DNA from: Patescibacteria group bacterium
GTDB lineage: Bacteria > Patescibacteriota > Saccharimonadia > CAILAD01 > JADZBC01
Assembly: GCA_052034495.1 (NCBI GenBank)
Contig: JBPOIL010000012.1
Location: 13,644 to 77,643, forward strand
DNA length: 64,000 nt
Direction: 5' to 3'
Both the position numbers and the translations under genes were made by a program. The notes below the pieces were generated by a model, which made no database searches, had not been told where the DNA came from, and was given only the letters and a program-made list of their open reading frames with translations. Shown here piece after piece: positions 42,246 through 52,614 of the stretch. The stretch's first letter is position 1; each line of letters begins with the position of its first letter.

Positions 42246-42644
42246 ATGAAGGTCCAAGCTAAAACTCGCCAATTACCAATTTCTGCTCGTAAGCTACGAC
42301 TTGTAGCGGATATGGTTCGTGGCAAGGATGTTGTTGCAGCTCAGCAGCTTTTGCGAGTTACGCATAAGAAAGCAGCCGACATGGTGTACTCTACCTTGAA
42401 AAGCGCAAGTGCAAACGCGGAAAACAACTACAACCTAAACCCAAAGACTATGCGTATTGACGAGATTCGCGTTGACGAGGGGTCTACCCTTAAGCGTATG
42501 CGACCACGAGCTAAGGGTGCCAGTAGTGCAATTCTACATCGCAGCTCTCATCTTGTGATCACGCTAACTGACGCAAAGCCGACTGTAGACGCAAAGGCTA
42601 AGCCTGCGGTAAAAGCAAAACCAGTAACGAAGGAGGCCAAGTAA
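42246..42644 (+). CDS. rplV: 50S ribosomal protein L22
   Basis: SARKLRLVADMVRG, SASANAENN, RPRAKG. Confidence 0.96.
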   Translation: MKVQAKTRQLPISARKLRLVADMVRGKDVVAAQQLLRVTHKKAADMVYSTLKSASANAENNYNLNPKTMRIDEIRVDEGSTLKRMRPRAKGASSAILHRSSHLVITLTDAKPTVDAKAKPAVKAKPVTKEAK

Positions 42645-43261
42645 TGGGTCAAAAAGTAAATCCAACAAGTTTCCGTCTCCAGATCAACAAAGACTGGTCT
42701 AGTAAGTGGTTCGCCACTAAAGATTTTGCAAAAAACCTTTCGGGCGACATCGCGATTCGACGAGTTATTGCGCAGAACCTTACCTTCCGTGCGGGAGTTG
42801 CTGCTGTGGATATCGAGCGCTCAACTGGTGCAGTGACCGTTACTATCCATACCTCTAAGCCAGGTGTAGTGATCGGCCGAAGCGGAACTGGCATTGAAGC
42901 GCTCAAGAAGGCTCTAGCCAAGGCTGCAGGCCCGAACATTAAAGTGAATATTGAAGAGGTCAAGCAGCCAGAGATGCGCGCTCAATTGATTGCAGAGAAC
43001 GTTGCTTCTCAACTAGAGCGACGTATTGCCTTCAGACGCGTAATTAAAATGACAGTAGACAGCGCCGTAAAGGCTGGCGCTCTTGGAGCCAAGGTTCGCG
43101 TAGCCGGGCGCTTAAACGGTGCGGAAATGGCTCGTGCCGAAGTTGCATCGCAGGGAAGCATCCCGCTTCACACCTTGCGGGCAAACATTGATTACGGTAC
43201 TGCTGAAGCAAAAACCACCTACGGCATCATTGGTGTTAAAGTATGGGTTTATAAGAAGTAA
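42644..43261 (+). CDS. rpsC: 30S ribosomal protein S3
   Basis: MGQKVNP, KPGVVIG, GRLNGAEMAR, YGIIGVKVW. Confidence 0.98.
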   Translation: MGQKVNPTSFRLQINKDWSSKWFATKDFAKNLSGDIAIRRVIAQNLTFRAGVAAVDIERSTGAVTVTIHTSKPGVVIGRSGTGIEALKKALAKAAGPNIKVNIEEVKQPEMRAQLIAENVASQLERRIAFRRVIKMTVDSAVKAGALGAKVRVAGRLNGAEMARAEVASQGSIPLHTLRANIDYGTAEAKTTYGIIGVKVWVYKK

Positions 43262-43278
43262 GGCCATAGGAAAAGATT

Positions 43279-43710
43279 ATGCTATTACCAAAGAAAACTA
43301 AATTCCGAAAAGCATTCAAGGGCAAGAACGTTGGCCTAGCCACCCGCGGCACCGAAATTAATTTCGGACGTTACGGCCTGCAAGCTATGGGCAATGAGCG
43401 CATTACGTCTCGCCAGATCGAAGCAGCACGTCGAGCGATGACTCGCTACATTAAACGTGGCGGTAAGATTTGGATTCGTATCTTCCCGCATACTCCGGTC
43501 ACTTCTAAGCCGGCAGAAGTCCGCATGGGTAGCGGTAAAGGTGCGTTGAGTCATTATGTAGCAAAGGTTCAGGCTGGCAGGATCATGTTCGAGATGGACG
43601 GGGTAAGCGAAGAAGTTGCCAAAGAGGCAATGCGTCTCGCAGCTATGAAGATGCCAGTAAAAACGAAGTTTATCGTTAAGGCTACGCCAGGAGAAAGTCA
43701 TGAAGGTTAA
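43279..43710 (+). CDS. rplP: 50S ribosomal protein L16
   Basis: [24 protein letters not shown]. Confidence 0.98.
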   Translation: MLLPKKTKFRKAFKGKNVGLATRGTEINFGRYGLQAMGNERITSRQIEAARRAMTRYIKRGGKIWIRIFPHTPVTSKPAEVRMGSGKGALSHYVAKVQAGRIMFEMDGVSEEVAKEAMRLAAMKMPVKTKFIVKATPGESHEG

Positions 43711-43912
43711 GGAAATGCGAACAAAATCATCCAAGGAACTTGAGACTATGCTTCAGGACCTAAGGACTAAGTTGGCTCAGACGCATGTCGACATGAGAGT
43801 CAAAGAGACCCCAAATGTTAAGCAAATTAAGGCTATTAAGCGAGATATCGCACGCGTCCTAACCCTTCAGCGTGAAGCGCAAGTGAAAGATATGGAGAAG
43901 ACCAATGAGTAG
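43700..43912 (+). CDS. rpmC: 50S ribosomal protein L29
   Basis: [10 protein letters not shown]; operon position. Confidence 0.93.
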   Translation: MKVKEMRTKSSKELETMLQDLRTKLAQTHVDMRVKETPNVKQIKAIKRDIARVLTLQREAQVKDMEKTNE

Positions 43913-44165
43913 AGTATTAAGCGGCAAGATCGTATCAGACAAGATGGACAAGACGGTTGTGGTAGCAGTAGAGCGCCTCAAAACTCACCCATTGTACAAG
44001 AAGCAGTATAAGACTACTGCTAAGTTCAAGGCGCACGATGAGAACAACGAGTACAAGGTCGGAGACGTAGTTGAGATCACCGAGACTCGCCCATTGAGTA
44101 AAACGAAGAAATTCACCATTACGAAGAAGACAGGCGAAGTAATCGTAAAGGGAGGTAAGGCATGA
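43905..44165 (+). CDS. rpsQ: 30S ribosomal protein S17
   Basis: [24 protein letters not shown]. Confidence 0.97.
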   Translation: MSRVLSGKIVSDKMDKTVVVAVERLKTHPLYKKQYKTTAKFKAHDENNEYKVGDVVEITETRPLSKTKKFTITKKTGEVIVKGGKA

Positions 44166-44530
44166 TTCAGCCCCAGACCCGACTCAAGATAGCCGACAAC
44201 ACCGGCGCTAAGCAGATCATGTGCATCAAGGTACTTGGTGGATCAAGACGTCGTTATGCTCGCGTTGGCGATATTATTGTTGCTAGCGTAAAGACCGCAA
44301 CTCCTAACGGAACAGTTAAGAAGAAAGAAGTAATTCGAGCGGTCGTGGTACGTACTGCTAAGGAGACATTACGCCAAGACGGATCTTCTATCCGCTTTGA
44401 CGAGAACGCGGCCGTTGTTATTGATAAAGCCGGCTTGCCTCGTGGAACACGAATCTTCGGCCCTGTTACACGTGAATTGCGCGAACGTGGCTACATGAAG
44501 ATTGTGTCGTTAGCACCGGAGGTACTCTAG
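44162..44530 (+). CDS. rplN: 50S ribosomal protein L14
   Basis: [21 protein letters not shown]. Confidence 0.98.
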   Translation: MIQPQTRLKIADNTGAKQIMCIKVLGGSRRRYARVGDIIVASVKTATPNGTVKKKEVIRAVVVRTAKETLRQDGSSIRFDENAAVVIDKAGLPRGTRIFGPVTRELRERGYMKIVSLAPEVL

Positions 44531-44531
44531 T

Positions 44532-44912
44532 ATGAATACTATGAAACTTAGACTCAAGGATAAGGTAATGGTTATTCGCGGTCGAGACAAGGGTAAGAAG
44601 GGCGAGATTGTTGCCGTTCTTCCTAAGGAAAATAAGGTGGTAGTGGAAGGCATTAATATCGCCAAGAAGCACACCAAGCCAAGCGCAAAGACTCCGCGAG
44701 GAGGCATCGTTGAGCTTGCTAAGCCAATTGATGTTGCGAAGGTGATGGTCCTAGACCCAACTTCTGGAAAGCCAGCTCGCATTGGCTATAGGCTCGATGC
44801 CAAAGGCAATAAGGAGCGAATCTTTAAAGTGTCTAAGTTCCAGAACAAGACGAAGCCAAAGGCGAGCGAAAAGCCAGCCAAGGCTGCTAAGCCAGAAAAG
44901 AATGAGAAGTAA
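44532..44912 (+). CDS. rplX: 50S ribosomal protein L24
   Basis: KOW motif GRDKGKKG, VVEGIN. Confidence 0.96.
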   Translation: MNTMKLRLKDKVMVIRGRDKGKKGEIVAVLPKENKVVVEGINIAKKHTKPSAKTPRGGIVELAKPIDVAKVMVLDPTSGKPARIGYRLDAKGNKERIFKVSKFQNKTKPKASEKPAKAAKPEKNEK

Positions 44913-44914
44913 TC

Positions 44915-45463
44915 ATGAATAGATTAAAAGACCACTACAAGAATACCCTTGCCAAGGAATTGGCAACATCACTCGGACTCAAGAACCCAAATCAGGTTCC
45001 AAAAATCGAGAAGATTGTTGTGAGCGTTGGTGTAGGCCGAGCGCTTCAAGACAGCAAGCATCTTGAGCAGGCCATGGCTACACTCACGAAAGTTACAGGC
45101 CAGAAGCCAGTAGTTACAAAAGCACGAAAGAGTATTGCTACTTTTAAGCTGCGAGAAGGCAACGAAATTGGTGCGACCGTGACTTTGCGCGGGGAACGCA
45201 TGTACTACTTCCTGGACCAGCTCGTTAGCGTGGTCCTACCTCGTATTCGTGATTTCCACGGCGTAAAAGCGAATGCTTTTGACCCACAGGGCAACTATAG
45301 TATCGGGATTAAAGAGCAAACCGTGTTTCCTCAAATATCCTACGAGGAAGCCCACACCACCCACGGGATGCAAATCAACATAATTACAAGCGGACGAGAC
45401 AAGGAAGCTGCCAAAGCTTTGCTGACAGGCCTTGGTATGCCGTTTGAGAAAGGAGCGAACTAA
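44915..45463 (+). CDS. rplE: 50S ribosomal protein L5
   Basis: [31 protein letters not shown]. Confidence 0.98.
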   Translation: MNRLKDHYKNTLAKELATSLGLKNPNQVPKIEKIVVSVGVGRALQDSKHLEQAMATLTKVTGQKPVVTKARKSIATFKLREGNEIGATVTLRGERMYYFLDQLVSVVLPRIRDFHGVKANAFDPQGNYSIGIKEQTVFPQISYEEAHTTHGMQINIITSGRDKEAAKALLTGLGMPFEKGAN

Positions 45464-45732
45464 TGGCTAGAAAAGCATTATTGCAGCGCGAGATAAAGCG
45501 TCAGAAATTAGCTGACAAGTATGCCGTTAAGCGCGCCGAATTAAAGGCAATGGGGGATTTAGAAGGATTGGCTAAGTTGCCTCGCAACTCTAACCCTAAT
45601 CGTATGCGTAACCGCTGCGAAGTTACCGGAAGGTCACGTGGTTATATTCGCAAGTTTGGCTTATCACGTATTACGTTCCGTGAGTACGCCTCCAAGGGCC
45701 AAGTCCCTGGTGTAACGAAATCAAGTTGGTAA
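45463..45732 (+). CDS. rpsN: 30S ribosomal protein S14 (89-aa, non-zinc type)
   Basis: [30 protein letters not shown]. Confidence 0.97.
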   Translation: MARKALLQREIKRQKLADKYAVKRAELKAMGDLEGLAKLPRNSNPNRMRNRCEVTGRSRGYIRKFGLSRITFREYASKGQVPGVTKSSW

Positions 45733-45748
45733 AGGAAAGGAGACAAGC

Positions 45749-46144
45749 ATGATTACAACAGATCCAATCGCAGATATGCTTACTCGCATCCGCAATGCAC
45801 GCGGTGCCGGTATGTCGCAGGTCTCTATTCCTTATTCAAGGATTAAGCATCAAATTGCTGATATTCTTGCCAAATCAGGATACGTTTCAGGCGTTAAAGT
45901 TGGGAAGAACGGCGCCTTCCAAGTGCTCGAGCTAGGTATCGACGGAAGCGGCGTAAAACGTCCGTTGCAGAAGCTTATGCGCGTCAGTAAGCCAGGTCGA
46001 CGAGTCTACGCAAAGCGCGATGAAATCCCACACGTTTTAAGTGGCAGGGGTATTGTTATCGTATCAACTTCATCGGGCCTTATGACCGGCCAAGAAGCTC
46101 GGCAAAAAGGCCTTGGTGGCGAATTAATTTGCAAGGTATGGTAG
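45749..46144 (+). CDS. rpsH: 30S ribosomal protein S8
   Basis: DPIADMLTRIRN, SKPGRRVY, GGELIC. Confidence 0.98.
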   Translation: MITTDPIADMLTRIRNARGAGMSQVSIPYSRIKHQIADILAKSGYVSGVKVGKNGAFQVLELGIDGSGVKRPLQKLMRVSKPGRRVYAKRDEIPHVLSGRGIVIVSTSSGLMTGQEARQKGLGGELICKVW

Positions 46145-46151
46145 GTGTAGT

Positions 46152-46691
46152 ATGAGTAGAATCGGAAAAGTACCAGTTACAATACCCGCAGGAGTTACCT
46201 TAGAAGTTAAGGACGGCATGATTGTCGTGACCGGCTCAAAGGGAAGCCTAAACCAACCCCTCCTCCAGGGCTTTAAAATCGAAGAGCAAGATGGTTTGGT
46301 CGCTGTAGTTCGCGAGGTGGAGAACAGTGACACTCAGAAGCAGTTTGGCCTACTGAGAACCTTGATCGCCAACATGGTAATCGGCGTTTCTACAGGTTTT
46401 GAAAAAACATTAGAAATTAATGGTGTCGGTTATCGTGCGGCAGCTGAAGGTCGCGGCGTAAGCTTGAGCCTTGGGTACTCGCACAAAATCAGCTACCTAC
46501 CCCCAGAGGGCGTAGAGCTCAAGGTTGAAGGCAACAAGATCATCGTTTCAGGCTATGATAAGCAGCTTGTAGGTGAGGCTGCGGCTAAAATCCGCTCGTA
46601 CCGCAAGCCAGAGCCATATAAGGGCAAAGGTATTAAGTACGCAGGCGAGCACATTCGACGTAAGGCTGGTAAGACAGCGGCTAAGGGATAA
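46152..46691 (+). CDS. rplF: 50S ribosomal protein L6
   Basis: MSRIGK, GVGYRA, PEPYKGKGI. Confidence 0.98.
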   Translation: MSRIGKVPVTIPAGVTLEVKDGMIVVTGSKGSLNQPLLQGFKIEEQDGLVAVVREVENSDTQKQFGLLRTLIANMVIGVSTGFEKTLEINGVGYRAAAEGRGVSLSLGYSHKISYLPPEGVELKVEGNKIIVSGYDKQLVGEAAAKIRSYRKPEPYKGKGIKYAGEHIRRKAGKTAAKG

Positions 46692-46695
46692 TATT

Positions 46696-47043
46696 ATGAA
46701 AAGACTCACATCCGACATCCTCAAGAAAAAACGAATCAGGGCCAAGATCCACGGTACCGCTCAGCGACCACGTTTAGCAGTAAGCGTGTCTAATCGTCAG
46801 GTTGTAGCTCAGCTCATTGACGATGATGCTGCTAAGACTTTGGCATACGCCACATCAACTGGTCAAAAAGAGTTGGACGGCAAGACCATGACTGAAAAGG
46901 CCACCTGGGTAGGCACGAAGATCGCAGAACTCGGTGCTGCCAAGAAGGTATCGGCGGTAATCTTTGATCGTGGTATACACATTTATCATGGTAGGGTTGC
47001 TGCATTGGCTGGCGCTGCTCGTGAGAAAGGATTAAAATTCTAG
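46696..47043 (+). CDS. rplR: 50S ribosomal protein L18
   Basis: RPRL, AQLIDD, FDRG..YHGRV..AREKGLKF. Confidence 0.96.
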   Translation: MKRLTSDILKKKRIRAKIHGTAQRPRLAVSVSNRQVVAQLIDDDAAKTLAYATSTGQKELDGKTMTEKATWVGTKIAELGAAKKVSAVIFDRGIHIYHGRVAALAGAAREKGLKF

Positions 47044-47045
47044 AT

Positions 47046-47531
47046 ATGGTAGAAGCAGTAAAAGAATTCGAAGAAAAGATCATAGCCCTAGATCGTGTTA
47101 CACGTGTTGTTAAGGGTGGTCGACGTTTCCGCTTTAGAGCGACCGTAGTGGTAGGGAATGGTAAGGACAAAGTTGGCGTTGGCGTAGGCAAGGGTCAGGA
47201 CGTTCAGACAGCTATAGCCAAGGCCGTAAGTAAAGCCAAGAAGGCAATGATTACCGTTGAGCTAAAGGACAACACGATCCCTCACGAAACCCAGGTTACT
47301 TTTGGCGGAGCAACGGTATTTATGAAACCAGCCAGCCCTGGTACAGGCGTGATTGCCGGCGGTGCAGTCCGGTCCGTAGTTGAGGCAGTCGGCATCAAAG
47401 ACCTGCTCACCAAGTCGCTTGGTTCAACGAACAAGATTAATAATGCTTACGCGACACAAGAGGCTCTATCTACTCTAGGTAGTGTAGCGGCGTTTGGCGC
47501 AAAGCCGACGGTAGCCAAGGAGGCTAAATAA
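47046..47531 (+). CDS. rpsE: 30S ribosomal protein S5
   Basis: VVKGGRRFRF, PGTGVIAGG. Confidence 0.98.
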   Translation: MVEAVKEFEEKIIALDRVTRVVKGGRRFRFRATVVVGNGKDKVGVGVGKGQDVQTAIAKAVSKAKKAMITVELKDNTIPHETQVTFGGATVFMKPASPGTGVIAGGAVRSVVEAVGIKDLLTKSLGSTNKINNAYATQEALSTLGSVAAFGAKPTVAKEAK

Positions 47532-48019
47532 TGAAGATTCATGAATTGCCCCTAAAGTCCCACAAGGCCAAGAAGCGCCTAGGGCGCGGTATCGGTTCTG
47601 GCCAGGGAAAGACTGCCGGACGTGGCACAAAGGGTCAGAACTCACGAACTGGCGGCGGTGTACGCGTTGGGTTTGAGGGTGGTCAGACTCAGCTTTCTCA
47701 GCGCTTACCGAAGGTACGCGGATTTAAATCTAAAAACCCGACTAACTATCAGGTTGTGAATGTTGGCGATCTCGCTCGTTACAAAGCAGGGGTTGTTGAC
47801 GGCACCAAGTTGGCTGCTGATGGACTTGTCAAAAAGGCCGATGGCCTTATCAAGCTCCTTTCTGTTGGTGAAGTCACCGTGGCCTACACGGTAGAAGTGA
47901 CTGCTGCGAGCCAAGTTGCTGTCAAAAAGATCGAAAAAGCAGGCGGCAAGGTAGTACTTGGGACCAAGAAGGCTCAAAAGCCAGCAGCAAAAGCACAGGA
48001 TTCAGAAGACGCTAAATAA
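47531..48019 (+). CDS. rplO: 50S ribosomal protein L15
   Basis: GRGIGSGQGKTAGRGTKGQ, FEGGQ; directly follows rpsE (no rpmD). Confidence 0.98.
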   Translation: MKIHELPLKSHKAKKRLGRGIGSGQGKTAGRGTKGQNSRTGGGVRVGFEGGQTQLSQRLPKVRGFKSKNPTNYQVVNVGDLARYKAGVVDGTKLAADGLVKKADGLIKLLSVGEVTVAYTVEVTAASQVAVKKIEKAGGKVVLGTKKAQKPAAKAQDSEDAK

Positions 48020-48040
48020 TCAAACGGGAGGGTAGGCGAT

Positions 48041-49357
48041 ATGAATAGTACAGTGCTACGACAAATGTATCGAAACAAAGAGCTGCGCAAGCGGCTCGGC
48101 GTCGTCGCGCTCGTACTATTTGTATACGCCTGCATCTCGAATGTGCCGGTTCCGGTACCGGACACCGTAAAGCTCCAGAGTTTCTTGCTTCGACTCTTTC
48201 AGTCGAATCCGCTCTTAGGTTTCGCTAATTTGTTCTCAGGTGGCGCCATGACGAACTTTTCGATCATCCTCATGGGTCTTGGGCCCTACATTAACGCCTC
48301 TATCATTATGCAGCTATTGACTCAGGTAGTACCTAAACTTGAGGCTCTGAGTAAAGAAGGTGAATCAGGCCGCAATAAGATCAACTACTATACAAGGCTC
48401 CTGACAGTTCCTTTGGCACTCATTCAGTCAGTTGCAATGATATTCTTCGTACAAACTACTTCAAAGCAGATATCGGGCGTTGATCTGATCGGCAAGCCTT
48501 CGCCATTCCAGTGGGCACTTATGGTCGCCACGATAACCGCGGGGAGTATGCTTCTGATGTGGCTCGGCGAGATTATCACTGACAGAGGTATCGGCAATGG
48601 TATATCAATACTGATTGTTGCGGGTATCGTGGCTTCCTTGCCCTCTACAATCTCTCAGCAGGCAGCTTTATTGCAGGCCGACCCTTCGAAGATTGTAAGT
48701 ATTGTAGCTATAGTCGTTATGTTCTTGCTTACGATCGTTGGTGTGGTGTACATCAACGAAGGTCAGCGCAATATACCTGTTTCGTACGCCAGGCGTACAA
48801 GTGCAAACGCAGCTTATGGCTCGGTAGATACTCATCTTCCGCTTAAGGTAATTATTGCCGGCGTGGTGCCAATCATATTCTCTTTAGCTTTCTTGCAGGT
48901 GCCTGCATTTATTGGGCAGATATTCAGTAATGCAAAAACCGACTGGGTGGCTAGCTTCGCTCAGACACTCTCTAAGGTATTTGCTCCAACCAGTTGGGTA
49001 TATGCTGCAACCTACTTTGTCCTCGTAGTCGCCTTTACCTATTTCTACACCTCGATTATATTTAAACCGACTGACATTGCCGAGAATCTACAGAAGCAGG
49101 GCGGGTTTATACCTGGTATACGGCCAGGTAAGGAAACCGCAACCTATCTCAAGAGAGTGGTGAACCGAATTACCCTCTTCGGCGCTCTGGCGCTCGGTAC
49201 ACTGGCTATCCTACCGTTTATACTCGAGGCAGTATTGAAAACGTCAGCCTCGCTCGCGATCGGTGGTACGAGCCTATTGATTATCGTTGCAGTGGCGATT
49301 GAGACTATGCGCCAAATCGAAGCCAAGGCGCTGACGGCGACGTATGATCAGTATTAA
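48041..49357 (+). CDS. secY: Preprotein translocase subunit SecY
   Basis: GPYINASIIMQLL, GIGNGIS, FIPGIRPG, GGTSLLIIV. Confidence 0.98.
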   Translation: MNSTVLRQMYRNKELRKRLGVVALVLFVYACISNVPVPVPDTVKLQSFLLRLFQSNPLLGFANLFSGGAMTNFSIILMGLGPYINASIIMQLLTQVVPKLEALSKEGESGRNKINYYTRLLTVPLALIQSVAMIFFVQTTSKQISGVDLIGKPSPFQWALMVATITAGSMLLMWLGEIITDRGIGNGISILIVAGIVASLPSTISQQAALLQADPSKIVSIVAIVVMFLLTIVGVVYINEGQRNIPVSYARRTSANAAYGSVDTHLPLKVIIAGVVPIIFSLAFLQVPAFIGQIFSNAKTDWVASFAQTLSKVFAPTSWVYAATYFVLVVAFTYFYTSIIFKPTDIAENLQKQGGFIPGIRPGKETATYLKRVVNRITLFGALALGTLAILPFILEAVLKTSASLAIGGTSLLIIVAVAIETMRQIEAKALTATYDQY

Positions 49358-49379
49358 TCAACTTTAACCTGGAAAACCC

Positions 49380-49408
49380 TTTACAATGACACACGGAACC
49401 TATATAAT
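49380..49408 (+). promoter_or_regulatory. Internal promoter upstream of infA
   Basis: TTTACA-17-TATAAT. Confidence 0.65.
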
Positions 49409-49430
49409 AACAACTTGTAGCGCGTAATCT

Positions 49431-49652
49431 ATGGCAAATACAAAGGAAGTAATTGAAATTGACGGGACCGTGCTCGAGTCTCTACCGAATGCCATGTTTA
49501 AGGTAGAACTAGAGAACGGCCATACCATCTTAGCCCACATATCAGGCAAGATGCGCATGCACTATATCAAAATTCTTCCAGGCGACAAGGTTACCGTTGA
49601 AATGACCCCATACGATCTTAGTAAGGGGCGAATAACATATCGCCATAAGTAA
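49431..49652 (+). CDS. infA: Translation initiation factor IF-1
   Basis: [20 protein letters not shown]. Confidence 0.98.
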   Translation: MANTKEVIEIDGTVLESLPNAMFKVELENGHTILAHISGKMRMHYIKILPGDKVTVEMTPYDLSKGRITYRHK

Positions 49653-49670
49653 CGCAGTAAGGGTAATTGT

Positions 49671-49784
49671 ATGAAAGTTCGAGCCGGAGTTAAGAAAATG
49701 TGTTCCAAGTGCAAAGTCGTAGTACGCAAGCGCGTAGTGCGGGTTATTTGTGAAAATCCTAAACATAAGCAGAGGCAAGGCTAG
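49671..49784 (+). CDS. rpmJ: 50S ribosomal protein L36
   Basis: Hand-translated [37 protein letters not shown] (below the ORF-track size cutoff). Confidence 0.97.
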   Translation: MKVRAGVKKMCSKCKVVVRKRVVRVICENPKHKQRQG

Positions 49785-50171
49785 ATGGCACGTATTGCAG
49801 GTACGAACGTTCCAAATGAAAAACGAGCAGAAGTAGGCTTGACCTACATATTTGGCGTTGGTCTTACAACGAGCCAAAAGATGCTTGCCGAACTTAAGAT
49901 CGACCCAAGCACTAGAATTAAAGATATCTCCGAATCAGATCTCGTAAAGATTCGTGAATACATTGATAAGAACCTGCAAGTTGAGGCAGATCTTTCACGC
50001 CAAGTAAGCCTAAACATCAAGCGACTCAAAGAGATTAAGTCGTACCGTGGAGTGCGCCATGGAGCAAACTTGCCAGTACGTGGCCAGCGCACCAAGACTA
50101 ACGCCCGAACCAAGCGTGGTCGCCGCGTAACAGTGGGTAGCGGACGTAAAAAAGCAGCAGCAAAGACATAG
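49785..50171 (+). CDS. rpsM: 30S ribosomal protein S13
   Basis: MARIAG, LPVRGQRTKTNARTK. Confidence 0.98.
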   Translation: MARIAGTNVPNEKRAEVGLTYIFGVGLTTSQKMLAELKIDPSTRIKDISESDLVKIREYIDKNLQVEADLSRQVSLNIKRLKEIKSYRGVRHGANLPVRGQRTKTNARTKRGRRVTVGSGRKKAAAKT

Positions 50172-50189
50172 GATAAACGGAATATAATA

Positions 50190-50582
50190 ATGGCAAAAGC
50201 AGCAACCAAACCAAAACGACGAAAGATTAAGCGCAGCCTACCTAAGGGCCAGGTGCACATTAAGTCTACGTTTAATAACACGATTATCTCTGTAACGGAC
50301 GATAAGGGTAATGTAGTGAGCTGGGGAACAGCCGGTCTTGCCGGTTTCAAGGGCTCACGCAAGAGTACTCCTTATGCTGCTCAGCTGGCATCAGAAAAGG
50401 CCATCAATACAGCTAAAGACTTTGGTCTAGCTAAGGTCGATGTATTCGTAAAAGGAATTGGTAGTGGTCGCGAGTCTGCTATCCGCGCACTTCAGGCTTC
50501 AGGCGTAGCTATTGCCAGCATCACCGACGTCACGGGCGTTCCGCATAATGGCTGCAGGCCAAGAAAGGCAAGAAGGGTCTAG
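50190..50582 (+). CDS. rpsK: 30S ribosomal protein S11
   Basis: [22 protein letters not shown]. Confidence 0.98.
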   Translation: MAKAATKPKRRKIKRSLPKGQVHIKSTFNNTIISVTDDKGNVVSWGTAGLAGFKGSRKSTPYAAQLASEKAINTAKDFGLAKVDVFVKGIGSGRESAIRALQASGVAIASITDVTGVPHNGCRPRKARRV

Positions 50583-50584
50583 AT

Positions 50585-51196
50585 ATGGCAAGAAATATTG
50601 GACCAATCGCTAAATTGTCACGTCGAGAGGGCGTAGAGCTTCATCCGAAGGCTGCAAAGGCTCTTGCTCGTCGTAACTACATCCCTGGCCAGCACGGTCA
50701 GTCAAGGCGTTCTAAGCCTAGTGATTACTCTGTTCAGCTGCGTGAAAAACAAAAAGTTAAGCGCATGTACGGAATCCTTGAAAAGCAGTTCCGCATTTAC
50801 GTTGCTCGAGCAGAACGCATGGATGGCGTTACAGGTGAAAACCTATTAGCTCTTTTAGAGCGAAGGCTCGACAACGTTTGTTACCGGCTTGGATTTGCTC
50901 CATCAAGGCAAGCTGCTCGTCAGATGGTGGCACATGCTCATATCACCCTGAACGGCAAGAAGGTGGACATTCCATCTATCACCGTCAAGCCTGGCGATGA
51001 GATAGCGGTTCGGGCTTCAAGCCTAAAGAAACCATTATTCGTAGCCCTAGATGGCAACCTGGCTGAAGCTAGCTCGGTAAGCTGGCTAAGCTTGAACGCC
51101 AAGAAGCTGTCAGCTAAGGTCACAAGCCTGCCGCTGCGAAGTGAGTTGGATCAGGATATTCAAGAGCAGTTAATCATTGAGTTCTACTCAAGGTAA
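50585..51196 (+). CDS. rpsD: 30S ribosomal protein S4
   Basis: PGQHG, QLREKQK, LERRLDN, IEFYSR. Confidence 0.98.
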   Translation: MARNIGPIAKLSRREGVELHPKAAKALARRNYIPGQHGQSRRSKPSDYSVQLREKQKVKRMYGILEKQFRIYVARAERMDGVTGENLLALLERRLDNVCYRLGFAPSRQAARQMVAHAHITLNGKKVDIPSITVKPGDEIAVRASSLKKPLFVALDGNLAEASSVSWLSLNAKKLSAKVTSLPLRSELDQDIQEQLIIEFYSR

Positions 51197-51216
51197 TTAA
51201 AGTAAGGAGTTATACG

Positions 51217-52155
51217 GTGCTAATCGACATCAATCTACCAGAACTAAAAGAAATTTCAACAGAAGGGAACATGGCTACCTTTACGATCGAGCCATTGCAC
51301 CCAGGCTACGGTATGACCCTAGGTAATTCTATGCGAAGAGTTTTGCTTTCTTCGTTGGCCGGAGCTGCCGTTACCGCTGTAAAGATTGACGGCGTCAGTC
51401 ACGAGTTTTCAGCCCTAAAGGGTGTTAGCGAGGACATGATCGAGGTTATCCTGAACCTCAAGCAACTGCGATTACGCTATGCCGGTGACGAGCCAGTGCA
51501 CTTAACGCTAAGCAAAACGGGCTCAGGCCCAGTTACCGCTGGAGACATCAAGACTGATAGCGAAGTCGAGGTGGTAAATAAGAGCCTCGTTATCGCCCAC
51601 CTAGACGGCGCGAAGGCAAAGATTGAAATGGAAATCAGAGTCGAACAGGGACGCGGTTATGTGCCAGTAGAGAACCGCCCAGGCGAGAAGCTTCCTGTAG
51701 GGATGATTGCTGTTGACGCCCTATATACTCCTATCAAGCGCGTAAGGTATAGCGTTGAGAATACTCGTGTTGGACAGATGACCGATCTAGACAAACTCGT
51801 ACTAGAAGTCGAGACTGACGGCACCATTACTCCTAAGGATGCGGTCACTCAGGCAGCAGAGATTCTTGTAGGTCACTTCCAGGTGATTGCTGGTCACAAC
51901 GTAGTAAGCGTTGGTGCAGACGGAATCGTTACTGCTGATGCTCGCGAACAGGCGAATCTAGCAACAGTACTGATTGATGAAGTAAACTTCAGCCCACGTA
52001 CTACGAACGCCTTACTTAACAACGACATTAAGACAATCAAGGATCTAAGCGAATTGACCGACGCTGAACTCAAAGAGCTCAAAGGTTTTGGCCAGAAAGC
52101 TTATGAAGAAGTTGTCGCTAAGCTCGATGAGCTTGGAATTAAACAGGAAGATTAA
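51217..52155 (+). CDS. rpoA: RNA polymerase alpha subunit
   Basis: PGYGMTLGNSMRRVLLSS, HEFS, alpha-CTD. Confidence 0.98.
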   Translation: MLIDINLPELKEISTEGNMATFTIEPLHPGYGMTLGNSMRRVLLSSLAGAAVTAVKIDGVSHEFSALKGVSEDMIEVILNLKQLRLRYAGDEPVHLTLSKTGSGPVTAGDIKTDSEVEVVNKSLVIAHLDGAKAKIEMEIRVEQGRGYVPVENRPGEKLPVGMIAVDALYTPIKRVRYSVENTRVGQMTDLDKLVLEVETDGTITPKDAVTQAAEILVGHFQVIAGHNVVSVGADGIVTADAREQANLATVLIDEVNFSPRTTNALLNNDIKTIKDLSELTDAELKELKGFGQKAYEEVVAKLDELGIKQED

Positions 52156-52167
52156 AGGAGAGATTCA

Positions 52168-52614
52168 ATGCATCGCCACGCATATAACCAGCGCAAATTG
52201 TCCCTAGCAGCCGGCCCACGTCGTGCGCTTGTGCGTGGTTTGATTGACTCACTTATCTTGTATGAGCGAATTGAAACCACCGAAGCTAAGGCAAAGACAA
52301 TCGCACCTAAGTTCGAACAGCTCGTTACGAAAGCAAAAAAGGGAGACCTCCACAATTATCGACAGATTATGAGTGTAACTTTGTCTCCAGTTGCTGCGCA
52401 GAAATTGCGTTATGAACTGGCCGACAAATTTCAGAGCCGCCAAGGTGGCTACACCCGCATTATTAAGACCGGTGCCCGACGTGGCGACGGTGCTTCGATG
52501 GCGGTAGTAGAGCTCGTGCTCGACGAGCCAAAGTCACCGGCCGCTACTAAGAAGCAAGAATCTGCAGAAGAAGTTAAAAAACCAGTGGCTGAAAAGTCAG
52601 GAGCAAAGAAATGA
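52168..52614 (+). CDS. rplQ: 50S ribosomal protein L17
   Basis: IETTEAKAK, GGYTRI, RRGDGA. Confidence 0.97.
   Translation: MHRHAYNQRKLSLAAGPRRALVRGLIDSLILYERIETTEAKAKTIAPKFEQLVTKAKKGDLHNYRQIMSVTLSPVAAQKLRYELADKFQSRQGGYTRIIKTGARRGDGASMAVVELVLDEPKSPAATKKQESAEEVKKPVAEKSGAKK

Noticed and set aside
47521-47533. Absence of rpmD (and of adk/map after secY) as a novelty
   Set aside because: Loss of uL30 is an established CPR trait; used only as a taxonomic cue
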